From Oligoflexales bacterium (GTDB lineage: Bacteria; Bdellovibrionota_B; Oligoflexia; Oligoflexales; Bog-1112), in assembly GCA_045105515.1 (NCBI GenBank), contig JBGCDR010000177.1:43590-107589 (forward strand): a stretch of DNA of 64,000 nt, in the 5' to 3' direction. Below, piece after piece: positions 29,565-39,597 of this stretch. Each line of letters opens with the position of its first letter. The stretch's first letter is position 1. The position numbers and the translations under genes were made by a program. Below the pieces are notes generated by a model that was not told the origin of the DNA, did not search any database, and saw only the letters and a program-made list of their open reading frames with translations.

Positions 29565-30191
29565 ATGAGAGGTAGTTCTCGTCATTCAGAGGATCAACCA
29601 TCAGGCACTGATAAGATATTTAACAAGAGTATAGTACTTCGTTCAACTCAGACTTATGGGGTAATGATCGGAATTGGTTTACTCGTTTGCTTTTACTTGC
29701 ACAATAACCTCAGTTTGGTATTTCAATTTCCAGATGACGGCCAAGTTCTGATAGAGCATGGTATGTTGATAGGCTTAGGGGTTGGGCTTATTGCGGTTTT
29801 ACATGAGTTATGTAAGTCAATGTTTCCTGAGCAATATCAGTACTACCGCAATTGGATCAGCTCGGTATTAGGTAGGATCACAGTACCTCAGGCGTTGTAT
29901 TTAGCTTTACTTTCTGCAATTGGAGAAGAGGTCTTATTTCGAGCGGCAGTTCAGCCATATCTTGGGGTCTTGTGGACAAGTTTGATTTTGGCCTTTTTGC
30001 ATGTTACTCCTAGAGGTTTAATTCCAGTTTGGCTCCTAATATCTTTTTTTACCAATTCCATGGTTGGGCTTATTTTTCACTACACCCAGAGTATTTACCC
30101 TGGTATGATCATCTTCTTTTTTTACAGCAGCTTCGCTCTTGTTAGGCATGCTCTTAAAAATAAGAGACATCCAGATGCCGAATTAAATTAG
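29565..30191 (+). CDS. CPBP/Abi (CAAX-protease-like) intramembrane protein
   Basis: EEVLFR and 'LAFLH' motifs in TM helices. Confidence 0.75.
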   Translation: MRGSSRHSEDQPSGTDKIFNKSIVLRSTQTYGVMIGIGLLVCFYLHNNLSLVFQFPDDGQVLIEHGMLIGLGVGLIAVLHELCKSMFPEQYQYYRNWISSVLGRITVPQALYLALLSAIGEEVLFRAAVQPYLGVLWTSLILAFLHVTPRGLIPVWLLISFFTNSMVGLIFHYTQSIYPGMIIFFFYSSFALVRHALKNKRHPDAELN

Positions 30192-30224
30192 CCACAATAA
30201 AAGAGCTAGAGAAAGTTTCTATCG

Positions 30225-30689
30225 ATGCGGATGAATTATCCACAAGTTTGTCTATACCAGCCAGAGATTCCTCAAAATACAGGTACTATAGGTAGGCTAA
30301 TTGCCGCTACGCAAAGCCGTCTCCATTTGGTTCGGCCACTTGGCTTTTCCATGGAAGATAAGAATCTAAGGCGTGCAGGTCTAGACTATTGGCCATATCT
30401 CGATCTTGAAATCCATGATTCAATCGAGTCGGTTCTAAGGTTTTTTTCAGCAAAGAAAATAGCGTTCTTCTCAAAGTATGGAAAAAAACCTTATACTCAG
30501 ATGGGTGGTGAAAAAGACCTTTTAGTTTTTGGTCGAGAGACTTCGGGATTACCGGATAATTTACGGCATGATTATGAGGAGTGTTTTTATCAGATCCCAA
30601 TGTTTCACACTGAGGTACGCAGCCTAAATTTAGCAAATTCCGTATCGATTGTGCTTTACGATCAACTTCACAGAAGAGGTCTTTTTTAA
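30225..30689 (+). CDS. trmL: tRNA (cytidine/uridine(34)-2'-O)-methyltransferase
   Basis: PEIPQNTG, RRAGLDYW, FGRETSGLP, RSLNLANS. Confidence 0.93.
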   Translation: MRMNYPQVCLYQPEIPQNTGTIGRLIAATQSRLHLVRPLGFSMEDKNLRRAGLDYWPYLDLEIHDSIESVLRFFSAKKIAFFSKYGKKPYTQMGGEKDLLVFGRETSGLPDNLRHDYEECFYQIPMFHTEVRSLNLANSVSIVLYDQLHRRGLF

Positions 30690-30725
30690 TTATAAGTAAG
30701 TATAGTATAGCGAGGTAGCGTCTAA

Positions 30726-31838
30726 ATGATCGTCGTTCCAAAATCTCCAAACTGTAACTGGCTATATTCTTTCTGTGAACCCAAATTAATCCATGGTAAG
30801 GCATATACTATTGATAAAACTAAGGTTATGTATAAATTGGATCAAAACGAATGCCCTGATGATTGGCCAAGAGAGCTAAAAGAAAAAGTATGTCGCTCAT
30901 TGTTAGAGCAGGAGTGGAATCGTTACCCTAGTCCATATAGTGAAGAACTTTTCGAATTGCTTGCTGATTATGCGGGGGTTAGCTCTGAACATGTGATTGC
31001 GGGTCCAGGTTCAAACCATCTTATCTCTCTATTATTATCTACTTTTACTAAAGGACTGAAAGGAGAGTTGTATATTGGACGCCCTTCTTTTCCCCTTTAC
31101 GAGCAGCATTGCGTGATGAATGGAATTCCTTATAAAAATTGGAATCTCGATGAAAATTTTAATTTTAAGTTAGAAGATCTTCATAACTTACCTGAGCATT
31201 CATTGGTAGTCTTTGCTTCTCCAAATAACCCAGTAGGCAACGTCCTTAGCAGAGAAGATTTGCGTACTCTTCTGCGAGAAAATCCTAAGACCCTTTTTAT
31301 TGCAGATGAAGCTTACTATGAATTTTCTTCTCAGCCTTATACCGAGCTATTAAATGATCATGATAATCTAATTTTACTTCGGACCCTTTCTAAAGCTATG
31401 GGAACCGCAGGATTGCGCCTTGGCTACATACTTGCCAGCAAGGAAGTAATCGAGTTGATGCGCAAGGTTACTCTTCCTTACCTATTAAATCGGTTTACCA
31501 TTACTGCTGCATGCGAAGTTCTGCGTGATCCCAATTCAAGGAAACGTATGCTTGAATTGGTTGCATTTATCAAGGCAGAAAAAAGTAGGATGTTAGGTGA
31601 GCTTGCTCGATATCCATGTCGTAGTGGTTTTAAGGCTCTAAATAGTGAGGCTAATTTTTTACTCATTAAATGGAACGAACAAGACGCTTTTACTAAAGCA
31701 AACCAGCGTTTGCTAGAGCAAGGAGTTCAAGCTAGAAACGTAAGTGCTGGGCCAGGACTTGTAGCTTGTATGCGTTTCACGATTGGTAATAAAGCAGAAA
31801 ACGACTTTGTTCTCAATGTTTTTGAAGAATATTTGTGA
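30726..31838 (+). CDS. hisC: histidinol-phosphate aminotransferase family (PLP class I/II)
   Basis: KLDQNE, NRYP, SPNNPVG, DEAYYEF, RTLSKAMGTAGLRLGY. Confidence 0.8.
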   Translation: MIVVPKSPNCNWLYSFCEPKLIHGKAYTIDKTKVMYKLDQNECPDDWPRELKEKVCRSLLEQEWNRYPSPYSEELFELLADYAGVSSEHVIAGPGSNHLISLLLSTFTKGLKGELYIGRPSFPLYEQHCVMNGIPYKNWNLDENFNFKLEDLHNLPEHSLVVFASPNNPVGNVLSREDLRTLLRENPKTLFIADEAYYEFSSQPYTELLNDHDNLILLRTLSKAMGTAGLRLGYILASKEVIELMRKVTLPYLLNRFTITAACEVLRDPNSRKRMLELVAFIKAEKSRMLGELARYPCRSGFKALNSEANFLLIKWNEQDAFTKANQRLLEQGVQARNVSAGPGLVACMRFTIGNKAENDFVLNVFEEYL

Positions 31839-31873
31839 TGGATTTGCTTGAAGATTTATAAATGAATTTGCTG

Positions 31874-32581
31874 CTATATTTTATTTAATACAGTGTTTTC
31901 TCCATCGCTGTCTTCTATCGTAATTTTATCATCTGCGAACATGAAATTAGCAAAACCTTCGGTTCCATTCTCCCACTTGGGTTCTTCATCGGGGCTAATA
32001 GCCTTTCCAGCAATATTTTTAGGAACCGTTGCAACCCAGTCACTATAACCAAACCAATTCTCTTTATTGACAGGATTGATAAATTCCTGCCTCTCTATTG
32101 AAAATTCTGCAGATGTCTGTTCGATAGCAAAGGATACTAAATTATCATTAGTAATGACTCCTTCATTGAGTTTAATCTTGAACTCTTCTTCTCTAGACAT
32201 CATAAGCTGTGAGCAATTAATACCTGCGAAATATTCATCTTTTTGAATATATTTAGAATCAGTAATTTCAATCTTAACTATCATCGATATATCGTCTGAC
32301 GGACTGCATGAGCTCTTCCAACTGCCTTGTAACTGAGCAGCTATATTTGTCGAAATTGTGGCGCCTTCTACTTGCACACCTTCCTTCTTGTCGTTTTTAA
32401 CAGCTTTTGGACTTCCACTAGAATTCGTTTTAGTACTAAAATTTTCGCCTGACACTGGCACGAAATCTGATGCTTGACGTTTAGTCCCTTTGCTACCCCC
32501 TTGCTGTCCGCAAGCATTTAGGTATACAAAAATAAAACAAAAGATCAATGTGTTTAGATTCATAAACAAAGCCCTAGCCAT
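31874..32581 (-). CDS. hypothetical lipoprotein (lipocalin-like beta domain possible)
   Basis: Lipobox LNAC; 'LQGSWKSSC' GxW start of a beta domain, paired Cys. Confidence 0.6.
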   Translation of the reverse strand: MARALFMNLNTLIFCFIFVYLNACGQQGGSKGTKRQASDFVPVSGENFSTKTNSSGSPKAVKNDKKEGVQVEGATISTNIAAQLQGSWKSSCSPSDDISMIVKIEITDSKYIQKDEYFAGINCSQLMMSREEEFKIKLNEGVITNDNLVSFAIEQTSAEFSIERQEFINPVNKENWFGYSDWVATVPKNIAGKAISPDEEPKWENGTEGFANFMFADDKITIEDSDGENTVLNKI

Positions 32582-32954
32582 AAAATAATTCTTGCTTGAT
32601 TCAATTAACCTAATCGTAGATTGATAGTACTTTTTGATATGGTAAATTGCCTTTTTCTATACACCCTATAACATCGGAAAGTATGGGGGTATTCTATAGG
32701 CGTAATTGCGTGCATTTTACAAATTCCTCTTAAAATACTATTATTTTAGATAGTTAAATTATTAATTTATTGTGAAACAAATAACTTATGAAGTTTGAAT
32801 ATAAATTCAATATAATCGGTTGGGTAGATAAAAAATAATATAAAATAACGGGATTTAATAATCTTGACATTGTAATTTCATATCGGTATCAATTGCAATC
32901 AGTGGAATTTTCACAAGAAAGTCGATGGCATACATAAATTTCATGGGGGTAAAT

Positions 32955-33704
32955 ATGCGGAAATTATTTGGGTTTGCAGCAATATTTTGTTTAGGTCTGA
33001 GTGTTCAAAGTCTACAAGGCAGTGATTTTTTGGAACCAATAGAGTTTAAATCGCCTTATGAAGACATGCACGCTGGCACGGGTCTGGAATTAATGGACCA
33101 AGTAAATGTCGATTTTTCAGAAGATGGAGTTGCTTACTTAAAATATCTTGAAGAGCAGATCAAAGATGCTAAGGCATCAAGATTATCATCAAGAGGTTTG
33201 GGAGCAAGTCTTGCTGGTGTGGGCATAGGTCTTGCTCCAATAACACTGGGCTTATCTCTCCTTTACACGGGTATCGCACCTGTATTTATTGTGCATGGAG
33301 AAAGCCTTAAGAAAGACTTGAATGGTTGGAGGCTTATTAAAGCGTCCTATATCCACTGTGGATATAAAAATCCAAGTCAAGAAAAACTTGTGAAACATGA
33401 TGAACGGATTAAAATCTTTATTAGCAAGTATCTGAAGCTGGAAGCAAATGCTGAGACGGTGGACCGTGTTGCTAAGGCAATTGTAGTTGCAAATGAAAAA
33501 GGATGGTTTGGTATAGTGTTTAATGACTCAAGAATTTTTCGCCAAAACAATCATAGACAAGATATTTGTAAGAAATTATTTATAGATAGTGAGCTTAACC
33601 CAAGTCTAATGAATGATTCTTCAGTAGCAGAAAAGATCTTGAAATATGCTGAAGCAAGAAATGAATACCAAGAAAAGCAGCAAGAGATCATGGAAAATTT
33701 ATAA
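32955..33704 (+). CDS. hypothetical exported protein with an internal hydrophobic Gly-rich hairpin
   Basis: Signal peptide MRKLFGFAAIFCLG; GASLAGVGIGLAPITLGLSLLYTGIAPVFI (ORF track starts at 32925). Confidence 0.6.
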   Translation: MRKLFGFAAIFCLGLSVQSLQGSDFLEPIEFKSPYEDMHAGTGLELMDQVNVDFSEDGVAYLKYLEEQIKDAKASRLSSRGLGASLAGVGIGLAPITLGLSLLYTGIAPVFIVHGESLKKDLNGWRLIKASYIHCGYKNPSQEKLVKHDERIKIFISKYLKLEANAETVDRVAKAIVVANEKGWFGIVFNDSRIFRQNNHRQDICKKLFIDSELNPSLMNDSSVAEKILKYAEARNEYQEKQQEIMENL

Positions 33705-33731
33705 CTTTATCACAGTTTTGATATTTGAATT

Positions 33732-33780
33732 TGTTTCTAGCTATTAGTTTTGAAAAGAATCAAAACTAAAGCTAGAAACA
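33732..33780. terminator. long inverted repeat / bidirectional terminator
   Basis: TGTTTCTAGCT-a-TTAGTTTTGA loop TCAAAACTAA-AGCTAGAAACA (21 bp with one bulge) between convergent genes, followed by an A-run. Confidence 0.75.
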
Positions 33781-33820
33781 AAAAAATATTTCTCAAAAAA
33801 TCTATAAGAATTAATAGTTT

Positions 33821-35140
33821 TTATCTAGCTTCACTACGTTTTAGAGTCCACTTGATCCCAGGAGGGGTGATCATTGTAGTTAGCATGACCATTAATACTA
33901 TAGCTGAATACAGAGCTGTATCTACCACAGGTTCATTATTAATAGTGAGGCTGGCACCAATAACAGCGAAAATTAGACCAACTTCTCCTCTAGGGACCAT
34001 TCCTATCCCAATCATTATGCGGTTTATAGCTTGATTGCTTTTACCATATATACCAAGGCCACAGGCTTGCTTACCAAGAATAGCTACAGCTGTTAGAGCG
34101 AGCCCGAGAGCAATGACTTGTGGATCCATAAAAGTAGTCAAATCAACCTGCATGCCCATGTGTACGAAAAATATGGGAACAAAAAATTTAGAGATTGGTA
34201 GGATTAGATGTTCAATAGATGGCTCATTGCTACCAAAAAATTTTGCAAAACCAGTTCCGTCTATGACGAGGCCAGCAGCAAATGCTCCAACGATGGGAGC
34301 AAGGCCGACCAGGTTAGCAAGGTATGCCATCAAGAAGCAAGTCGACAGTGAAAGGCTCAGTAATATTCCATCTGTTTGAAGTTTGGCACCAAACTTAAAA
34401 AGGTGAGGTGCAAACTTTCCTCCGAACAGTAAAGCAGCTGCTAAAAAGGCAATTGCTTTGAAGGCAATCATTCCAATTGAAACTAGGGAGACATCGGCAT
34501 TGCCTGTTTGCGCCACGCTCATAATAACTCCAGAAACCACAGCAAGAATAATAAGACCTAGAACATCATCTATGACTGCAGCACCAAGGATAATTTTTGC
34601 TTCTTTGATATGTATCTTGCCCAGGTCCTTGAAGACTCGAGCTGTAATACCGACGCTAGTGGCGCACAATGTTGCACCAACAAAAGTATGAATATAGATA
34701 GATTTATCAGGCATGAACATACTACTGGTGGCGTAACCAAGAATAAAAGGCAGTATGACTCCAATAATTGCAACGATAGTTGAAGTGACGCCTACTCCGA
34801 GTAATTCTTCTACACTGGATTCGAGGCCGACTTCAAACAGCAGTAAGACCACCCCAATTCCAGCCATGATGGAAAATACTTCATTATGATTAATAAAACT
34901 AATGCCGTCATATCCAATGAGTGCTAGGTTTCCCAAAAAAACACCCATGACTAGTTCCCCAAGAACTGCCGGTTGCTTAAGTTTGTCAGCAATGATCCCC
35001 CCCAATTTCGCGCCAGCAAATAGGAGTACTAGACCTAGTAATATGGGAGCTACAGGGTCGTCGTGTGAAGCCCCAGATGCTAATGCTGGGGAACTTACCA
35101 GAGAAATAAAAAAACATGCTAGGATTTTTTGATGGTACAC
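33821..35140 (-). CDS. cation:proton antiporter (CPA2/NapA-like)
   Basis: QPAVLGEL, LLFEVGLE, ATSVGIT, AAVIDDVLGL, GMVPRGEVGLI; GTG start with AGGAG RBS. Confidence 0.92.
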   Translation of the reverse strand: MYHQKILACFFISLVSSPALASGASHDDPVAPILLGLVLLFAGAKLGGIIADKLKQPAVLGELVMGVFLGNLALIGYDGISFINHNEVFSIMAGIGVVLLLFEVGLESSVEELLGVGVTSTIVAIIGVILPFILGYATSSMFMPDKSIYIHTFVGATLCATSVGITARVFKDLGKIHIKEAKIILGAAVIDDVLGLIILAVVSGVIMSVAQTGNADVSLVSIGMIAFKAIAFLAAALLFGGKFAPHLFKFGAKLQTDGILLSLSLSTCFLMAYLANLVGLAPIVGAFAAGLVIDGTGFAKFFGSNEPSIEHLILPISKFFVPIFFVHMGMQVDLTTFMDPQVIALGLALTAVAILGKQACGLGIYGKSNQAINRIMIGIGMVPRGEVGLIFAVIGASLTINNEPVVDTALYSAIVLMVMLTTMITPPGIKWTLKRSEAR

Positions 35141-35284
35141 TTAATCACACTCCTACTGTGGGTACAAGGATCGATAATGTGGACCATTATCCACAGAATC
35201 GATATTTTCTGGAATGAAAACTTTGATCGCGAAATAATTAAGCTTTGAAATTGGCTTGTAACGTTCAAAATTCTTTAAAAATCC

Positions 35285-35313
35285 TTGTCTTTAATCTGGT
35301 CTGTTACTAGACT
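35285..35313 (+). promoter_or_regulatory. sigma70-type promoter
   Basis: TTGTCT-N17-TAGACT upstream of the 35353 CDS. Confidence 0.5.
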
Positions 35314-35352
35314 TGGTAGCCCTAAATCCTTGCTTATAGAGGGCTGATTGCA

Positions 35353-35985
35353 ATGGAAACTCGAAAACAACGTGCTTTAAAAAGAACACTTATAATGGCG
35401 ATTTTTTTGATCATTCCAGTGGGAGTATTGATTTACTTCAAGGTTCAAAACCACAGTCAAGATCGATTATCAAGTCATTACAAGGTCAGGCCTTTTTACC
35501 TTCAAACATCTGAAAATATGGGATTTTCTCTCAGTGATCTTAGAAATAAGGTGACCTTGTTAGCCCTTATTCCAGCAAAATGTCTGACACAACAAGAAAT
35601 TAATGAGGCTTTGTATAGATCCCAAAAGTGGGCCAATGAGCAACTCGGGAGCAATAAAAGTAAGCCTTTTCAGTTAGTAGCATTAACCGAAGGTCAAATA
35701 GAAGTTCCGCATCAATGGACTCAGATTAAGGTCGAGGATGGACAAGTCTTTCAAAAAAAACTTGACCCTTTTCTTGAAGGAGAATTTTTGCCTCAAGAGT
35801 TAAGCTTGGTCTTTATTGATCAAAATGCTGTGGTTACAGGAGTATTTTCTTATTCTGGGATAGAAGATTGGAAAGAAATAGAAGCTCTATGGTCCAAACT
35901 TGTTTTTAATCATTACTTATCAGATTACTTAAGTAAGAGAACCTTTTTTGGTCCAAAACGAGAACATAGTTTTAATTATCATTAA
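35353..35985 (+). CDS. membrane-anchored SCO/thioredoxin-like hypothetical protein (degenerate)
   Basis: N-terminal TM; 'PFYLQTSENMGFSLSDLRNKVTL' and 'LVFIDQNAVV' resemble SCO/redoxin, but there is no CxxxC. Confidence 0.5.
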   Translation: METRKQRALKRTLIMAIFLIIPVGVLIYFKVQNHSQDRLSSHYKVRPFYLQTSENMGFSLSDLRNKVTLLALIPAKCLTQQEINEALYRSQKWANEQLGSNKSKPFQLVALTEGQIEVPHQWTQIKVEDGQVFQKKLDPFLEGEFLPQELSLVFIDQNAVVTGVFSYSGIEDWKEIEALWSKLVFNHYLSDYLSKRTFFGPKREHSFNYH

Positions 35986-35989
35986 AGTT

Positions 35990-36595
35990 TTAGTTAGAGC
36001 TGTGGGGATCATAAATAGATAGGGATTCTGTCGGGCTCCAACTATTTGCATCGACGTTGCCCTTGCCAATCTTTAAGACCGGCAAAATAGAAATAAAAGT
36101 ATGAATCTTTAATTCACCTTTTTGCAAATATCCACTAAGGCCATCCCCCTTGATAAAGTCTGGTTGACTGGTCTCCATTACCCAGACAAGTGGAGGGGTA
36201 GGCAGCAATTGACCTAGTTCTTCTATCATCATCTTGTTTGAAGCAACTTCACAGGCGACAGTGTTGCTGAGCTCTCCTAATGCTGATTTCGCTAATTCTA
36301 CTTGCTCATTAGGTTTGTTTGTGAGGGTCAAGACTTCTTTGAGCACAACTTGGGAAGCCTCTTCCGAAAATCCGAGCATTAGGTGCACCTGTGCAGTTTT
36401 ATTTCGGAGCCCGATCTGCGCAAGATATTTTGATTTGAATGTAGGAGTCTGCTCAGGTTTAACATGATCAACCAATTCAAATTGTTGGTTAAAGAGAGTT
36501 TCGAGCATTTTAGCAGTGATTACATTTAGGTTTTCCAAGTGCTCTCTTTTCATGCTTGCTTTCCCTTTAAGTTCCCGTGATGAAGACTTTAACAT
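35990..36595 (-). CDS. CheX-like chemotaxis phosphatase
   Basis: SALGELSNTVA (ExxN) followed by 'PTPP'. Confidence 0.7.
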   Translation of the reverse strand: MLKSSSRELKGKASMKREHLENLNVITAKMLETLFNQQFELVDHVKPEQTPTFKSKYLAQIGLRNKTAQVHLMLGFSEEASQVVLKEVLTLTNKPNEQVELAKSALGELSNTVACEVASNKMMIEELGQLLPTPPLVWVMETSQPDFIKGDGLSGYLQKGELKIHTFISILPVLKIGKGNVDANSWSPTESLSIYDPHSSN

Positions 36596-36741
36596 AGAGG
36601 CCTGTTATACTCTCAACTCCTTGTTCATTATAGCCTTTTTTGTCCACTCTATCCATGTTTTAGTACTAAAGTCACATATCTTATGAGTATGATATAATTG
36701 TAAGGAAATAATGGCACAATTAAACATAGGAGAATTTTAAG

Positions 36742-37125
36742 ATGCCAAAGGTGGCCATTGTTGATGATGCTTTGCTTATTAGAATTCAAATGAAGAAATT
36801 TTTTGAAGATATTATGAATTTTGAAGTTGTCGGACAAGGGGCTGATGGCAATGATGCTATTAAGATATATCGAGAGAAGCATCCCGACCTCATGACTTTG
36901 GACCTTACTATGCCGAATAAAAGTGGGGTTGAAGCAATTCGTGAAATTATGCAAGAAAACCGTAGTGCATGTATTTTGGTCGTCAGTGCAATAAAAGAAG
37001 CGAGCATGATAACTGAGGCATTACATCTTGGAGCAAAAGGGTTTGTAAACAAACCCTTACAATTTTCATCTGAAGAGTTTGTCGAATCCTTTAAAGAAGA
37101 TATAGCAGATGCGATGGCGGATTAA
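36742..37125 (+). CDS. single-domain CheY-like response regulator
   Basis: VDD, DLTMP (phospho-Asp), VSA, KP. Confidence 0.92.
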   Translation: MPKVAIVDDALLIRIQMKKFFEDIMNFEVVGQGADGNDAIKIYREKHPDLMTLDLTMPNKSGVEAIREIMQENRSACILVVSAIKEASMITEALHLGAKGFVNKPLQFSSEEFVESFKEDIADAMAD

Positions 37126-37127
37126 TT

Positions 37128-38564
37128 ATGACTTCATTTAACACAGTAGTTATTGGTGGTGGTGCAGCAGGTTTGGTGTCGGCTTATATTAGCGCTGCCG
37201 TCAAGGCAAAAGTAGCTTTGGTAGAACGGGACCTTATGGGAGGAGATTGCCTCAATACAGGGTGTGTTCCATCTAAAGCTCTCATCAAGACCGCAAAATT
37301 TGTCCATGAGATGAAACGCCATCAAGCTCTTGGCGTTAAGAGTGTTTCGTATGAACTTGACTTGAAAGACATAATGGATCGAGTTCATCAAACCATAGCA
37401 AAAATTGCACCTCATGACAGCATTGAAAGATATACAGGCTTGGGGGTTGATTGCTTCCAAGGTCAAGCAAATATATTGAATTCACGTGAGGTCGAGGTTG
37501 ATGGTAAAGTTTTAAAAACCAAAAACATAATCCTTGCTCATGGTGCAGCCCCTTTCGTTCCTCCTATAAAAGGCTTGGATCAGGTTCCCTACCTCACCTC
37601 TGAAAATTTATGGAAAATCGACCAACTGCCCGAAAAATTGATTGTCTTAGGAGGGGGACCTATTGGTTGTGAGCTTGCTCAAGCTTTTGCGCGCTTGGGA
37701 TCCAATGTGACCCAGGTTGAGATGATGCCAAGTATTCTCATCCGGGAAGATTCAGATGTTTCCGAATTGATACACAGGCAATTGAGCGAAGATGGTGTCA
37801 ATATATTGGCTGATACTAAGGCGACTGAGGTTGAAAAGCGTTCGGATGGGACTTTTCTTATTTGTGAGGGAAAGGACAAGCAACAACTGAGTATACCTTT
37901 TGATAAAATTCTAGTGGCTGTTGGTAGAAAAGCCAGAACTGCTGGAATTGCTTGGGAAAAACTAGGTGTTTCGCTGAGACCAAATGGGACCATTGATGTG
38001 GATCCGTACCTGTGTGCAAACGGTAGCAATATTTTTGCAGCGGGTGACGTTACGGGTCCATACCAGTTTACTCATACCGCTTCTCACCAGGCATATTATG
38101 CATCCGTCAATGCATTATTTAGACCAATCAAGTTTAAAGCTAACTATCGGGTGATTCCTTGGGTAACTTACACAGACCCTGAAGTAGCACAAGTTGGACT
38201 CAATGAAAAAGAAGCTAAAAAACAAGGTGTTCCCTGCCAAGTTGTTAAGTATGGAATTGATGATTTGGATCGGGCGATCACTGAATCAGAGGATCATGGC
38301 TTTGTGAAATTGCTAGTCGATCCTTCCAGTAGCAAGGGGCGTATTTTGGGTGCGACGATTGTTTCGCACAATGCTGGCGAGTTGAACACCGAGTTTGTGG
38401 CAGCAATGCAGCATGGTTTCGGCTTAAATCAAATATTAGGTACAGTTCACCCTTACCCAACCATGTCCGAAGCTAACAAGTATGCTGCGGGAGTTTGGAA
38501 ACGGAGCCAAACAAAACCTTGGATCATGAATCTCCTAAGTAAATTTCATGGTATGCGTCGATAA
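37128..38564 (+). CDS. FAD-dependent pyridine nucleotide-disulfide oxidoreductase (MerA/Lpd-like family)
   Basis: GGGAAG, GGDCLNTGCVPSK, GGGPIG.E, GD..GPYQFTH, HPYPTMSE. Confidence 0.88.
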   Translation: MTSFNTVVIGGGAAGLVSAYISAAVKAKVALVERDLMGGDCLNTGCVPSKALIKTAKFVHEMKRHQALGVKSVSYELDLKDIMDRVHQTIAKIAPHDSIERYTGLGVDCFQGQANILNSREVEVDGKVLKTKNIILAHGAAPFVPPIKGLDQVPYLTSENLWKIDQLPEKLIVLGGGPIGCELAQAFARLGSNVTQVEMMPSILIREDSDVSELIHRQLSEDGVNILADTKATEVEKRSDGTFLICEGKDKQQLSIPFDKILVAVGRKARTAGIAWEKLGVSLRPNGTIDVDPYLCANGSNIFAAGDVTGPYQFTHTASHQAYYASVNALFRPIKFKANYRVIPWVTYTDPEVAQVGLNEKEAKKQGVPCQVVKYGIDDLDRAITESEDHGFVKLLVDPSSSKGRILGATIVSHNAGELNTEFVAAMQHGFGLNQILGTVHPYPTMSEANKYAAGVWKRSQTKPWIMNLLSKFHGMRR

Positions 38565-38566
38565 AA

Positions 38567-39370
38567 TTATTTACTCCTCAGTTTTTTGGATTGTTCGGTT
38601 GCAGTTACCACTGCACTTATGAGCATTGATCTTAGTCCATGGGCTTCCAATTCATGAATAGCGTGGATTGTGGTGCCTCCAGGAGTAGTTACCCTATCTC
38701 TTAAAACTGCTGGATGAAGTCCGGTTTCACGAGCTAGCTTCGCTGATCCAAGAACAGTTTGAATAGATAAATCTAGAGCTAAGGGTCTGGAAAGTCCCAT
38801 TTTAACTCCTCCATCGGTTAGTGATTCAATAACCATGCATATATAAGCTGGTCCACTGCCTGATAAGCCAGTTGCGGCATCTATCAAAGACTCTTCAGTA
38901 AAGTGGCAAACTCCTACGGAACAAAAAATAGATTTAACTAGATTTTCATGAGCTTGACTGCATTTATCGTTTTTACTCAGGACAGTGGATGCACATCCTA
39001 CAGTTGCAGCAATGTTGGGCATAGCTCTAATTATTGCGCCTTTAAAATTAAGTGCTTTTGATAGGTCTTCGATGCTTGTTCCAGCAAGGATGGATATCAC
39101 TAAGTTTTTCTCAGATATATGATCTTTTAGAGTTTCAGAAAGGTGTTGTAAGCCCTGAGGTTTGACGCAGATGAGTATTGCCTCTGCTTCTTTTATTGCC
39201 TTAATTGGATCGTAGAAAACTTCGATTTCTAGCTGACTAGTTATTGTTTCCTTATTTGAATTTTCTCTGAGCAATGCACTTAGTTGGATGTCGTGTTTGT
39301 CTTTATCCTTTTGAATACCTAAGGCCAAAGCACTACCCATGTTACCTAAACCGATAATAAGAGTTCTCAT
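38567..39370 (-). CDS. proC: pyrroline-5-carboxylate reductase
   Basis: GLGNMG, VKPQ, RAMPN, GLSGSGPAY, VTTPGGTT. Confidence 0.95.
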   Translation of the reverse strand: MRTLIIGLGNMGSALALGIQKDKDKHDIQLSALLRENSNKETITSQLEIEVFYDPIKAIKEAEAILICVKPQGLQHLSETLKDHISEKNLVISILAGTSIEDLSKALNFKGAIIRAMPNIAATVGCASTVLSKNDKCSQAHENLVKSIFCSVGVCHFTEESLIDAATGLSGSGPAYICMVIESLTDGGVKMGLSRPLALDLSIQTVLGSAKLARETGLHPAVLRDRVTTPGGTTIHAIHELEAHGLRSMLISAVVTATEQSKKLRSK

Positions 39371-39524
39371 TTCAATATCCTTACATTTTTAAAAAATCAA
39401 TATCAATAATATGGAATTTTTGTTTTTGCGGGAAGGAAAGGATAGGGTTTAAACCAATCATTGATCTGATTAAATCTTATGATTCAGCTAGTTTTTATTA
39501 TGTAGGGGTGGGATTTTTGCCTCG

Positions 39525-39553
39525 TTGCTCAGTATGGGCGACTTTGCTATACT
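39525..39553 (+). promoter_or_regulatory. sigma70-type promoter with extended -10 for the FHA-GGDEF gene
   Basis: TTGCTC-N17-TATACT preceded by TGc. Confidence 0.55.
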
Positions 39554-39597
39554 AATCTTATCACTAAATCAAGATGATTATTGTACGGAATCTTGGC

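Noticed and set aside
30307..30804. 165-aa minus-strand ORF over trmL/hisC
   Set aside because: Overlaps two well-supported genes on the opposite strand; no recognisable features
33732..33780. Long inverted repeat as a MITE or IS end
   Set aside because: Single copy in the window, no transposase or target duplication; its position between convergent genes fits a terminator
37128..38564. Calling this gene merA or lpdA
   Set aside because: No C-terminal Cys-Cys or mer operon, and no HAHPT catalytic His
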